Below, one piece after another: positions 1 through 7,624 of a stretch of DNA of 45,359 nt. Source of the stretch: Promethearchaeia archaeon (GTDB taxonomy: Archaea > Asgardarchaeota > Lokiarchaeia > Sigyniarchaeales > SOKP01); contig JAWOCD010000100.1 in NCBI GenBank assembly GCA_046483985.1, forward strand, positions 1 to 45,359, given 5' to 3'. The stretch's first letter is position 1. Each line of letters starts with the position of its first letter. Below the pieces are notes generated by a model. It was not told the DNA's origin. It did no database searches and saw nothing but the letters and a program-made list of their open reading frames with translations. Position numbers and translations under genes: made by a program.

Positions 1-294
1 AAGGCAGAAAAAATAGGTAAAAGAGTAATAAGAATTGACGAGTCTTATACCACACGGACTTGTGCAAAATGTGGAAGAAAAGCGAAACGCGATTTGTCCG
101 AGCGTGATATTAGTTGTGAATGTGGTCATAAGATGGATAGAGACTTAAATTCCGCTGTTAATATTATGGTAAAGTTTCTCACATCTGATGACCTATCGCA
201 TCAACCCTCTTTGAAGGAGGAATCCTTTCTAAAGCAATGGAACGGATTTTCTACGACACACAGCCCTAAGATATGCCCACCAGCTAACGCTTAG
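1..294 (+). CDS. tnpB: TnpB family RNA-guided endonuclease, C-terminal part (5' end outside window)
   Basis: Frame 1 is open from base 1: KAEKIGKRVIRIDESYTTRTCAKCG...CECGHKMDRDLNSAVNI. This has the YT(S/T)xxCxxCG zinc ribbon and the RuvC-III DRDxNxAxNI motif, and an IS200/IS605 right end follows. Confidence 0.93.
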   Translation, partial: KAEKIGKRVIRIDESYTTRTCAKCGRKAKRDLSERDISCECGHKMDRDLNSAVNIMVKFLTSDDLSHQPSLKEESFLKQWNGFSTTHSPKICPPANA

Positions 295-338
295 TGGACT
301 CGTAGGAATTCCCGTCCTTTAGGGCGGGGAGACTTCAA
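261..338 (+). mobile_element. IS200/IS605 right end / 3' part of TnpB omegaRNA scaffold
   Basis: GAAT (306-309), then hairpin CCCGTCC-TTTA-GGGCGGG (311-328), then terminal TCAA (335-338). An upstream stem-loop CCCAC..GTGG overlaps the tnpB stop. Confidence 0.9.
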
Positions 339-497
339 TTAGCCCTTTTTGAGAAAGAATATAGAAAAAGATGAGTCGATTGATGAGACGGTAGTATTTA
401 ATTTATTTCGAGCTAGCTCAAGAGCAGTAATCCTTTTTGCTAATTTAATAATGTGCTGCTGGATTTCTCCCAAAAATTGCTTCTCTATTCCTCTCAT
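339..497 (-). CDS. Possible small protein (52 aa, MRGIEKQFLGEIQQHIIKLAKRITALELARNKL...KKG)
   Basis: ATG at 497 and stop at 339-341, directly abutting the TCAA of the IS right end. Looks amphipathic-helical; no recognisable family. Confidence 0.25.
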   Translation of the reverse strand: MRGIEKQFLGEIQQHIIKLAKRITALELARNKLNTTVSSIDSSFSIFFLKKG

Positions 498-567
498 TGG
501 ATCAAAAAAGGTCAGATTTCATGAGTTAAAAAAAAGGAAAAAGAAAATCAATGCCAATCAATTTTCC

Positions 568-1305
568 CTAGTCTAAGACAGTCAGATCTGCACCGCATGT
601 TCCGCATTTTCCGAACTTTTTCATTTCCATAGAAATTGCCGCGCCGCATTCAGGACAAGTAAGATTGTCTAAATTTTCTAAAGCTTCATCCTTTTCCATC
701 CCTAATCGTGACCGGGCGTCCGTAGATAAGACGGTGCTGGGCGTAGAATAGGAAGATGAGGATTCCCAATCTAATTCATCCATCTCAATAGTATCCTTTA
801 CTTCGGTTACTATTGCAGTGGGGATAATTCCCGCATTTCCAAGCTCAAAGAAGTCCTCTTCCTTTATTTTAAACTTTTCCGTCCCGCATTCCTCGCATCG
901 GAGTTCAAAATATAATTTCTCTTTTTTATAATCCTGGAAATCCATGTGGTAGAATTCACCACATTTACAGATTAAATCGGCACCATATTTTCGAACTACT
1001 TTTTTGTTTTCCGAAAAGTACGCTCCGCCGAGCCCATCTTCAATCTGGACAAACTTACCGGCAGCGATCATGTACTTTCTTTGAAAATCCTTAATCCATT
1101 TCTCGTCAAGTAAATACATATTTCCCATCTTGAGGAACTCTTTGATGCTGTATTTTTCCTCAAGGTTTTCCATACAATCGCTGCAGAGGTATTTCGCGAT
1201 TACATCTTTTTTCGAGACTTTTAGCCCAACCATTTTAGCGTAATCATCGCATTTTGGGCACTTCTGGGTATTTCCCAATTCCTTAACGCCTCTAACCATT
1301 TTCAC
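568..1305 (-). CDS. Multi-zinc-ribbon hypothetical protein
   Basis: Three Cys-pair sets: CPKC..CSDC, CKC..CEEC and CPEC..CGTC. The first two modules resemble each other. Confidence 0.8.
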   Translation of the reverse strand: MKMVRGVKELGNTQKCPKCDDYAKMVGLKVSKKDVIAKYLCSDCMENLEEKYSIKEFLKMGNMYLLDEKWIKDFQRKYMIAAGKFVQIEDGLGGAYFSENKKVVRKYGADLICKCGEFYHMDFQDYKKEKLYFELRCEECGTEKFKIKEEDFFELGNAGIIPTAIVTEVKDTIEMDELDWESSSSYSTPSTVLSTDARSRLGMEKDEALENLDNLTCPECGAAISMEMKKFGKCGTCGADLTVLD

Positions 1306-1441
1306 ATCTCACTCTTTCTTTTCTTTCTATAATTATAATTAAATGTTTTCTGTATTTAATGCTTATTAAAATGAAAAATAATCATTTATGAAATTTCAAA
1401 TAAAGTTTCCAGATAAAAATAGGGATTAAAAAGAAATTAAA

Positions 1442-1945
1442 ATGAAAACCTCTTCTATTGAATATGAGACCTTCTTTAAAGTGAAGATTATGAGTAAACA
1501 GATGCCGAAGGATGTCTTGAAAAAAGAAATCAGAACCTTTTTAGAAATGAGAAAGGTGCTGGTCTTATGCACCTGCAGTGAAAATGTGCCAAGAGCTACT
1601 CCCTTGGATTTCTACATCAATAAACGAGACAAGGAAGATTTCACTATTTATTTGTGCCCGACGCCGGGAAGAAAGGTGGAAAATATAAAAAAGAATCCCA
1701 TCATCAGTATTGGAATATATACTCCGATGGATACCGGCAAAATTCAGGGAATGCAAATTACCGCATCGGAGACGGAACGATTACGCCTTTTAAGGGAGGA
1801 GGATGAGGGATTTGATGACGCACAAAAGATCGTGCGGGGCAAGAGAAAGCAGATTTTAAAGATTCTTCCCGACCGTATCGAATTGTTGGATTATGATTTT
1901 ATCCAACAAGGGTATTCGCGCCATCAGACCTTAGACTTAACTTGA
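1442..1945 (+). CDS. Pyridoxamine 5'-phosphate oxidase-like FMN-binding split-barrel protein
   Basis: VLVLCT..NVPRATPL and GRKVENIKKNPIISIGI motifs. The start could be the later ATG at 1490. Confidence 0.8.
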   Translation: MKTSSIEYETFFKVKIMSKQMPKDVLKKEIRTFLEMRKVLVLCTCSENVPRATPLDFYINKRDKEDFTIYLCPTPGRKVENIKKNPIISIGIYTPMDTGKIQGMQITASETERLRLLREEDEGFDDAQKIVRGKRKQILKILPDRIELLDYDFIQQGYSRHQTLDLT

Positions 1946-2018
1946 AAATTATATTCTTCATCCAAAAACAAAAATAACCTGAATCAACAGAATAAAGGTT
2001 CAATGAGCAGTTGATATA

Positions 2019-2237
2019 TTAAATTACCACACCCTAAAGGGCGATGGATTCGTAAATCATTGAAGATTGCTGATATACCATCAGTCTGCCATCTTCTCCA
2101 AACGCCAGCTCCGTAATCCCTACGGTTGGGGATGATCTTGGTTATGGTCCGTCAATGAAATTATAGTAGCGCTCCTTTATAAATATATGTGCGATTCATC
2201 ACCGCCCTTAAGGACGATCCTTTATCGCACTTTAGTA
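2019..2237 (-). mobile_element. Non-autonomous IS200/IS605 miniature element with omegaRNA-like scaffold (copy A, 219 bp)
   Basis: Minus strand order: TTAC target (2241-2238), 14 nt, AAAG, left hairpin ATCGTCC-TTAA-GGGCGGT, TATA-like TATATTTATAAAGG, stem CCGTAG-GGA-TTACGG, GAAT, right hairpin CCATCGCCC-TTTA-GGGTGTGG, TTAA. Homologous to 6513-6719. Confidence 0.88.
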
Positions 2238-2368
2238 GTAAATTACCAGATCTTATTCTATCCTTTACCATTATTTTAATCACTCAATAGGAAGAAAAGA
2301 TTATAGGAAATCTTTAATTTTTAATTATATTCATTGAGAAAATAATTAATTACTAAGAGCTAAAAGTA

Positions 2369-5323
2369 ATGACTTCCGAGGATTCATTAACGTCCCTAAA
2401 GAATTGTAAGAATGATAAGGAATTAAAAACGGCTTTTAAGAAAATTGCCTCAAAAGATCCCGATAAGTATTTTCCGACCGAAGAACTGAGAGAATTGGGC
2501 TATGCGAGGAAAAAATGCAAATGCGGAACTTATTTTTGGACCGTTTTGGAGGATAGAGAGTTCTGTGGAGATCCAGCTTGTTCTGGAGGTTTCGATGTTG
2601 TAGAAAATAATCCTACGCCCGTAAAGTTATCCTATGTGGGAGTATGGAAGAAGATTGTAGAAGTGTTGGAACCACGAGGTTATAAACCAATAAAGCGTTA
2701 TCCTTGCGTTGCACGTTGGAATCCGACGTCAGAATTTACTATTGCATCCATTTCGGCTTTCCAGCCTTATGTCATTACGGGTGAGGTGGATCCCCCAGCA
2801 AAAAAATTACTTATCCCTCAATTCTGCCTCCGCTTTAACGATATTGAAAATGTGGGCATTACAGGCTCTCACAATACTGGGTTCATAATGATTGGCCAAC
2901 ATACCTTTGTCTCTCCCGAAGAATGGGATCAAGGACAATTATTTATCGATATGCATGATTTCATCCACAAAGGAGTTGGTCTCGCAAAGGAAGAAATCAC
3001 CATTCATGAAGATAGTTGGGCGGGCGGTGGTTCATTTGGCTGCTCTTTAGAATTCTTCAGCAGAGGGGTGGAACTTTTCAACCAAGTATATACGATGTTC
3101 GAGCAGACTCCAGAAGGTCCCAGAGAACTCAAACTCAAAGTCCTTGATATGGGCTTGGGACAAGAGCGGGTTGCGTGGTTTTCCCAAGGAACTCCAAATA
3201 TGTATGAGGCAATTTTTCCTGAAGTATTGAAGAAGCTCCGGAAAAGAACCAAAATCGATTTAGACTTAGACCTATATAATCGTTTCTCAAAATACTCTGC
3301 TTATTTAAATATTGATGAGGTGGATGACTTATCTGAAGCGTGGAGGCGGGTGGCTGATGAACTCGATATGGAGGTAAAAAAACTGCGAGAAACCATACTT
3401 CCAATGACTGCGCTATATTCAATTGCAGAGCATGCAAGGACGCTCTTATTTGCGATTAATGATGGCAAATTACCCTCGAATGTCGGTGGAGGATATAATT
3501 TACGTGTAATATTTCGACGAGCCATTAGTTTTATTGACGAATTTGACTGGGATATAAACATTTCAGAGGTCTGCCGATGGCATGCAGAGGAACTACATGA
3601 AATGTTCCCAGAGGTCTCACAACATTTGGATGAGATTGAAGAGATCCTCGAGGTTGAGAAGGAAAAATTCTACACCACGAAACGAAAGGCAAGAAAAATC
3701 TTGAAAAAGTTGCTCAATAAAGGAGAGGAAATTACTATTAATACCTTAATTGAGTTATACGATTCCAACGGGATAAGTCCTGATATGGTAAAAAAAGCAG
3801 CACAGCGATATAATAAGGACGTAAAAATCCCCGATAATTTCTATAAGCGGGTGGTAGAAAAGCATGAACAATCTGAACAAGTATACGCAACTGAGAAGGC
3901 AACGGAATTAGATTTAGAAGGTGTTCCGGAAACCGAGTCCCTATATTATTACGATTATCGGAAAACATCCAATAAAGCAAATGTAGTAAAAATATTGGAT
4001 CATAAAGTCATCTTAGACAGATCAGTGGCTTATCCAACCTCGGGCGGACAATTACATGATATTGGGACGATAAATGGCCAAGAATTCGAAAAAGTGTTTA
4101 AACAAGGGAATCATATTATTCATATGATGAGCGAAGATCCCCAATTCCAAGAGGGGGATGAGGTAAAGGTTCAAGTGGACAGAGATTGGAGATTTCAGCT
4201 TTCTCAACATCATACAGCGACTCATATAGTGAACGCCGCAGCTCGCAAGGTTTTGGGAAGCCATATTAATCAAGCCGGTGCCAAAAAATCCTACAAAAGT
4301 TCTCATTTGGATATCACCCACTACGAACAGCTTTCTAAGGACCAACTTGATAGAATAGAAAGAGAGGCGAATGCTATTGTTAATAAGGAGATAGATATAA
4401 ATCTCGATTTTATCCCTCGATCAGAAGCCGAAAAACGGTACGGGATGAGAATATACCAAGGAGGGGCTGTACCCGGTAAGAAAATAAGGATTGTAGAAAT
4501 ACCTGGGATAGAAGTGGAAGCATGTGGGGGGACACATTTGAATAATACGGGGGAAGCAAAGGAGATCAAAATGCTGAAATCGCAGAAGATCCAAGACGGG
4601 ATTGTTCGGCTGAAGTTTGTAGCGGGTCGTGCAACGGAACGAATTGAAGAAAAGCACCAGCAGATCATCGAGGATCTTAAAGGATTACTAAACGTGGAAG
4701 AAGATAAGTTAGTCCCTCGCATAAAGGAATTATTTGAAAAATGGAAAAATGTAAATAAAGCCCTGAAATCGGGAGAAGTGAATAAAGAAGATCTTAGGTT
4801 ATCCTCTTCGGTAACTTTTGAAGGAGAAATCTTGGAAGAGATTTCCGACTTTTTAAATTTAAAGAAAGAACGTATCCCAAAAAAGGTACAAAAATTGTAT
4901 GATGAATGGACCTATGGAAAAGAGAAATTGGACAAGATGCAGAACCTTTTAAGCGAATCTCATCTAGAGCAATTAATTGAAGAAGCTTTCCCGTATAAAG
5001 ATTTTAAATTTGTATTGGAAGATTTTGAATGTCTCGATCAAGAAGATCTAAAAAATTTAAATATAAATGTTCTAGAGCAATCCGATAAATTGATTACCTT
5101 ATTACTTAACAAATTGAAGAATGGAATCATGGTAATGGGAATGGTTGCGGAAAAACCCTTGGAAAACTCTGATTTTCATATGGGCACTTTTGTTAAGGAT
5201 TTAGTGACCCGATTCGATGGAAAGGGAGGCGGCAATAAAGATTACGGGCAAGGGTTTATTAATAATCGAGATATAAAAATCAATGTTATCAAATCCTTCG
5301 TTAAAGAAAAGCTCGATTTATGA
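2369..5323 (+). CDS. alaS: Alanine--tRNA ligase (archaeal type)
   Basis: N-terminal CKCG..FWT..CGD zinc motif, QFCLRFNDIENVGITGSH, DMGLGQER, editing HHTATH and CGGTH, C-terminal DHHA1 GKGGG. Confidence 0.97.
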   Translation: MTSEDSLTSLKNCKNDKELKTAFKKIASKDPDKYFPTEELRELGYARKKCKCGTYFWTVLEDREFCGDPACSGGFDVVENNPTPVKLSYVGVWKKIVEVLEPRGYKPIKRYPCVARWNPTSEFTIASISAFQPYVITGEVDPPAKKLLIPQFCLRFNDIENVGITGSHNTGFIMIGQHTFVSPEEWDQGQLFIDMHDFIHKGVGLAKEEITIHEDSWAGGGSFGCSLEFFSRGVELFNQVYTMFEQTPEGPRELKLKVLDMGLGQERVAWFSQGTPNMYEAIFPEVLKKLRKRTKIDLDLDLYNRFSKYSAYLNIDEVDDLSEAWRRVADELDMEVKKLRETILPMTALYSIAEHARTLLFAINDGKLPSNVGGGYNLRVIFRRAISFIDEFDWDINISEVCRWHAEELHEMFPEVSQHLDEIEEILEVEKEKFYTTKRKARKILKKLLNKGEEITINTLIELYDSNGISPDMVKKAAQRYNKDVKIPDNFYKRVVEKHEQSEQVYATEKATELDLEGVPETESLYYYDYRKTSNKANVVKILDHKVILDRSVAYPTSGGQLHDIGTINGQEFEKVFKQGNHIIHMMSEDPQFQEGDEVKVQVDRDWRFQLSQHHTATHIVNAAARKVLGSHINQAGAKKSYKSSHLDITHYEQLSKDQLDRIEREANAIVNKEIDINLDFIPRSEAEKRYGMRIYQGGAVPGKKIRIVEIPGIEVEACGGTHLNNTGEAKEIKMLKSQKIQDGIVRLKFVAGRATERIEEKHQQIIEDLKGLLNVEEDKLVPRIKELFEKWKNVNKALKSGEVNKEDLRLSSSVTFEGEILEEISDFLNLKKERIPKKVQKLYDEWTYGKEKLDKMQNLLSESHLEQLIEEAFPYKDFKFVLEDFECLDQEDLKNLNINVLEQSDKLITLLLNKLKNGIMVMGMVAEKPLENSDFHMGTFVKDLVTRFDGKGGGNKDYGQGFINNRDIKINVIKSFVKEKLDL

Positions 5324-5334
5324 TTCCCAGATTT

Positions 5335-5380
5335 AACGATCTGCGAAAGAAGTCCCCATCCCTTTAGGGTGGGGATGAAA
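5335..5380 (+). mobile_element. IS200/IS605-type left end hairpin
   Basis: TGCGAAAGAAG-TCCCCATCCC-TTTA-GGGTGGGGA-TGAAA has the same layout as the left ends at 6521-6555 and 2229-2195 (TGC..AAG, hairpin, ATGA). The exact left boundary is uncertain. Confidence 0.75.
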
Positions 5381-5503
5381 GACTTAGACCTATATAATCG
5401 TTTCTCAAAATACTCTGCTTATTTAAATATTGATGAGGTAGATGACTTATCTGAAGCGTGGAGGCGGGTGGCTGATGAACTCGATATGGAGGTAAAAAAA
5501 CTG
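5380..5503 (+). repeat. Direct duplication of alaS-internal segment 3262-3385
   Basis: 124 bp ungapped with one mismatch (G3322 vs A5440), read directly from the sequence. Confidence 0.97.
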
Positions 5504-5579
5504 AGATAAAACAAAATAGCACTAAAGCAAACTAATTAATAGAAAGAAAATTATTACTATCTAATTTGTAAATGATTGA

Positions 5580-6005
5580 TTGAAAATGACTAGACCCAAA
5601 ACCCCACTTTTGACAGTGGATGCACTTATCGTATATAAATCCGCTAAACTTATTTTAATAAAACGGAAGAATCCCCCCTTTAAAGGAGAATACGCATTGC
5701 CGGGAGGCTTTGTAGATATTGGAGAAACGGTCGAAGAGGCTTGCATTCGAGAGGCTATAGAGGAAACAAATATAGATGTGAAGATCACTAAGCTGGTGGG
5801 AGTTTATTCAGATCCAAATAGAGACCCCCGAAGCCATACAGTATCAATAGCATTTCTATGTACCCCTCAAACGCATAACGAACAACCTAAAGCTCAAGAC
5901 GATGCCGCAGATCTGGATTTAATTGCCTTTAAACAAATACCGAATTTAGAATTAGCATTTGACCATATGAGAATAATTCAGGATGCTGGACTACTCCAGT
6001 CCTGA
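5580..6005 (+). CDS. NUDIX hydrolase (ADP-ribose pyrophosphatase-like)
   Basis: Nudix box ALPGGFVDIGETVEEACIREAIEETNI, plus YSDPNRDPR and LAFDH motifs. Confidence 0.93.
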   Translation: MKMTRPKTPLLTVDALIVYKSAKLILIKRKNPPFKGEYALPGGFVDIGETVEEACIREAIEETNIDVKITKLVGVYSDPNRDPRSHTVSIAFLCTPQTHNEQPKAQDDAADLDLIAFKQIPNLELAFDHMRIIQDAGLLQS

Positions 6006-6074
6006 GATATGCCCACCAGCGAACGCTAAGTGGGCTCTTAGTAATCCCCCCCCTTTAGGTAGGGGGGGCTTCAA
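5997..6074 (+). mobile_element. Orphan IS200/IS605 right end homologous to the tnpB-associated right end at 261-338
   Basis: Ungapped 78-nt alignment to 261-338, 64/78 identical by hand count. Both stem-loops and the terminal TCAA (6071-6074) are retained. Confidence 0.9.
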
Positions 6075-6370
6075 TGCAACATTTTAAGCTCAAAATAATC
6101 GATGATCTCCTTTATTTCCTTCGCAATAGAATTAAGAATGTTAAGATATTCTGTAAGAATTAATTCGCTATGAATATTTTCAATTTTTTCTAATTTTTGA
6201 GTAATCTTCATCTTTAATGATCGGATTATCTCTCTTGCAAATGGACACTCTGCTGCTTTTGAGAGCCGTCGTAAAACCTCTAACTTACTCCGCAAATACA
6301 TCTTCACGTTAAAATTATTTATTTCGAAGATCTCAACACAATTCCATAGGATATAATGATTTCGACTCAT
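6071..6370 (-). CDS. Hypothetical helical protein
   Basis: 99-aa ORF with no recognisable motif. Its TGA stop coincides with the TCA of the IS right end. The start may be the internal Met (MYLRSK). Confidence 0.55.
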   Translation of the reverse strand: MSRNHYILWNCVEIFEINNFNVKMYLRSKLEVLRRLSKAAECPFAREIIRSLKMKITQKLEKIENIHSELILTEYLNILNSIAKEIKEIIDYFELKMLH

Positions 6371-6512
6371 AATAACTGCAATTTAAATTTTCATTTTTCA
6401 AATTCTCAACTTATAAAAAAAATGTGAATATCATTATTAAAGACTTTTAGAGACCAATTTTTGACAAAAGAAGGGAGGAATGAGAAAACAAATGTTCGAA
6501 ACTTGACTTTAC

Positions 6513-6719
6513 CCATAGAGTGCAAGAAAGCACCGTCCTTTAGGGCAGTGATGATTCACACACATATATATAAAGGAGCGATGGATGATAGCCAAATTCA
6601 TCATATAACCGCAGGGACTGTGGGGCTGGCGTTTGAAGAGGATTTAAGACCGATGTTATCTATGTCGGCGATTCTGGATGAGTTCCGAATCCATCGCCCT
6701 TTAGGACGTGGTAGTTCAA
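6513..6719 (+). mobile_element. Non-autonomous IS200/IS605 miniature element with omegaRNA-like scaffold (copy B, 207 bp)
   Basis: TTAC (6509-6512), 14 nt, AAAG (6527-6530), hairpin CACCGTCC-TTTA-GGGCAGTG, TATATATAAA (6565-6574), stem CCGCAG-GGA-CTGTGG, GAAT (6687-6690), hairpin, TCAA (6716-6719). Confidence 0.9.
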
Positions 6720-6745
6720 TATCCGATACAGAGGAAAACCCCATT

Positions 6746-7510
6746 TTAGTGCTTAAAATATTTAGAAAAACATTCGCAACAGGGAATTCCGAAACCTATC
6801 TGTAACTCAGAGTTACTACTCTTTTCAGAGGAAAGTGCATTTAAGAATTGTTCCTTAATTGTCCGTATTTCGGGTTGAAGGCTAAAATAAAATCTTTTCA
6901 GATAATTTTCATGATTTTTTGCGTTGCAAATTGGACATCTGGTAAATTGGTTAAGGAAATTCTTAAGTCGCTCATCATACGTGGGGGCTACCAAAATAAA
7001 TTTCCGAATATTGGAAATTAACTCTAATCTGGCAATTAACGATTTAAAGACTTTCTCTCTCATATCTTGGGACTTGGAAACCTCAAAGAAGTCATAGATA
7101 TGAGATTTTTCCATAAAATCCTCAATTTCTTCAATTGATACTTCATAAGGAAGATCTGCTTTTGTACCCAATAGAATAAAGGGGATATTTGGATTTTCTT
7201 TCCTTATTATTTTCACCCACCAAGGAAGCTTAAGAAACGATTCTCTATCGGTAAAAGAGAAAGTAAGTATCGCGGCTGTTGCACCCCTACTATAAGTTGA
7301 ATGAAGGCTGAGATGGGGTTTAGTTGCTTTCAATTCCCATATAATAAGCTTGAAGTATTGTTTTTCATTTATCAAGCATTCTACCTTTCTTAAATTAACA
7401 CCCAAAGGACTTTTCTCTGGGTCTGGGGGTTTTCCCCCATTTAAGAAAATACTTTTACCCGAATTAGGTGCGCCGGTGAGAACTACTTTTAGAAGATATT
7501 CTTGAGAAAT
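6746..7510 (-). CDS. Degenerate Rab/Ras-like small GTPase with C-terminal Cys-rich (zinc-binding) domain; extends upstream of the ORF-track call
   Basis: The frame stays open from 7405 to 7516 and encodes ISQEYLLKVVLTGAPNSGKS (P-loop). G4 is GTKAD and the C-terminus has CPIC...CCECF. ATT at 7510 aligns with the paralogue's ATG and follows a GGTGA motif. Confidence 0.82.
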   Translation of the reverse strand: MSQEYLLKVVLTGAPNSGKSIFLNGGKPPDPEKSPLGVNLRKVECLINEKQYFKLIIWELKATKPHLSLHSTYSRGATAAILTFSFTDRESFLKLPWWVKIIRKENPNIPFILLGTKADLPYEVSIEEIEDFMEKSHIYDFFEVSKSQDMREKVFKSLIARLELISNIRKFILVAPTYDERLKNFLNQFTRCPICNAKNHENYLKRFYFSLQPEIRTIKEQFLNALSSEKSSNSELQIGFGIPCCECFSKYFKH

Positions 7511-7624
7511 TTTTACTCACCACAATAGAATAAAATTAGAATTAAAGACCTATGTAATTATCCTCTAATAGAATATATATTTCTTTTTATTTCGAATTTA
7601 TGATAAGAATTTAAAGCGATATTT

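Noticed and set aside
349-576. 75-aa ORF after the IS right end
   Set aside because: TTG start, no motif, runs through an A-tract that looks like the opposite gene's terminator, and overlaps 568-1305.
3004-4722. Several antisense ORFs inside alaS (and similar ones inside other long genes)
   Set aside because: Shadow ORFs of strongly supported genes, with no independent motifs.
3262-5509. alaS repeat pair as a diversity-generating retroelement TR/VR (similar length; two differences have A in the copy)
   Set aside because: No reverse transcriptase in the window, only one mismatch across many adenines in 124 bp, changes are synonymous, and the target would be mid-gene in an essential enzyme.
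261-6719. Recurring CCC-TTTA-GGG hairpins as a CRISPR array
   Set aside because: They are dispersed, on both strands and not regularly spaced, there are no cas genes, and they fit IS200/IS605 ends.
6461-6805. 114-aa ORF on the plus strand
   Set aside because: It runs through the non-coding mini-element and overlaps the GTPase 3' end antisense, with no protein motif.
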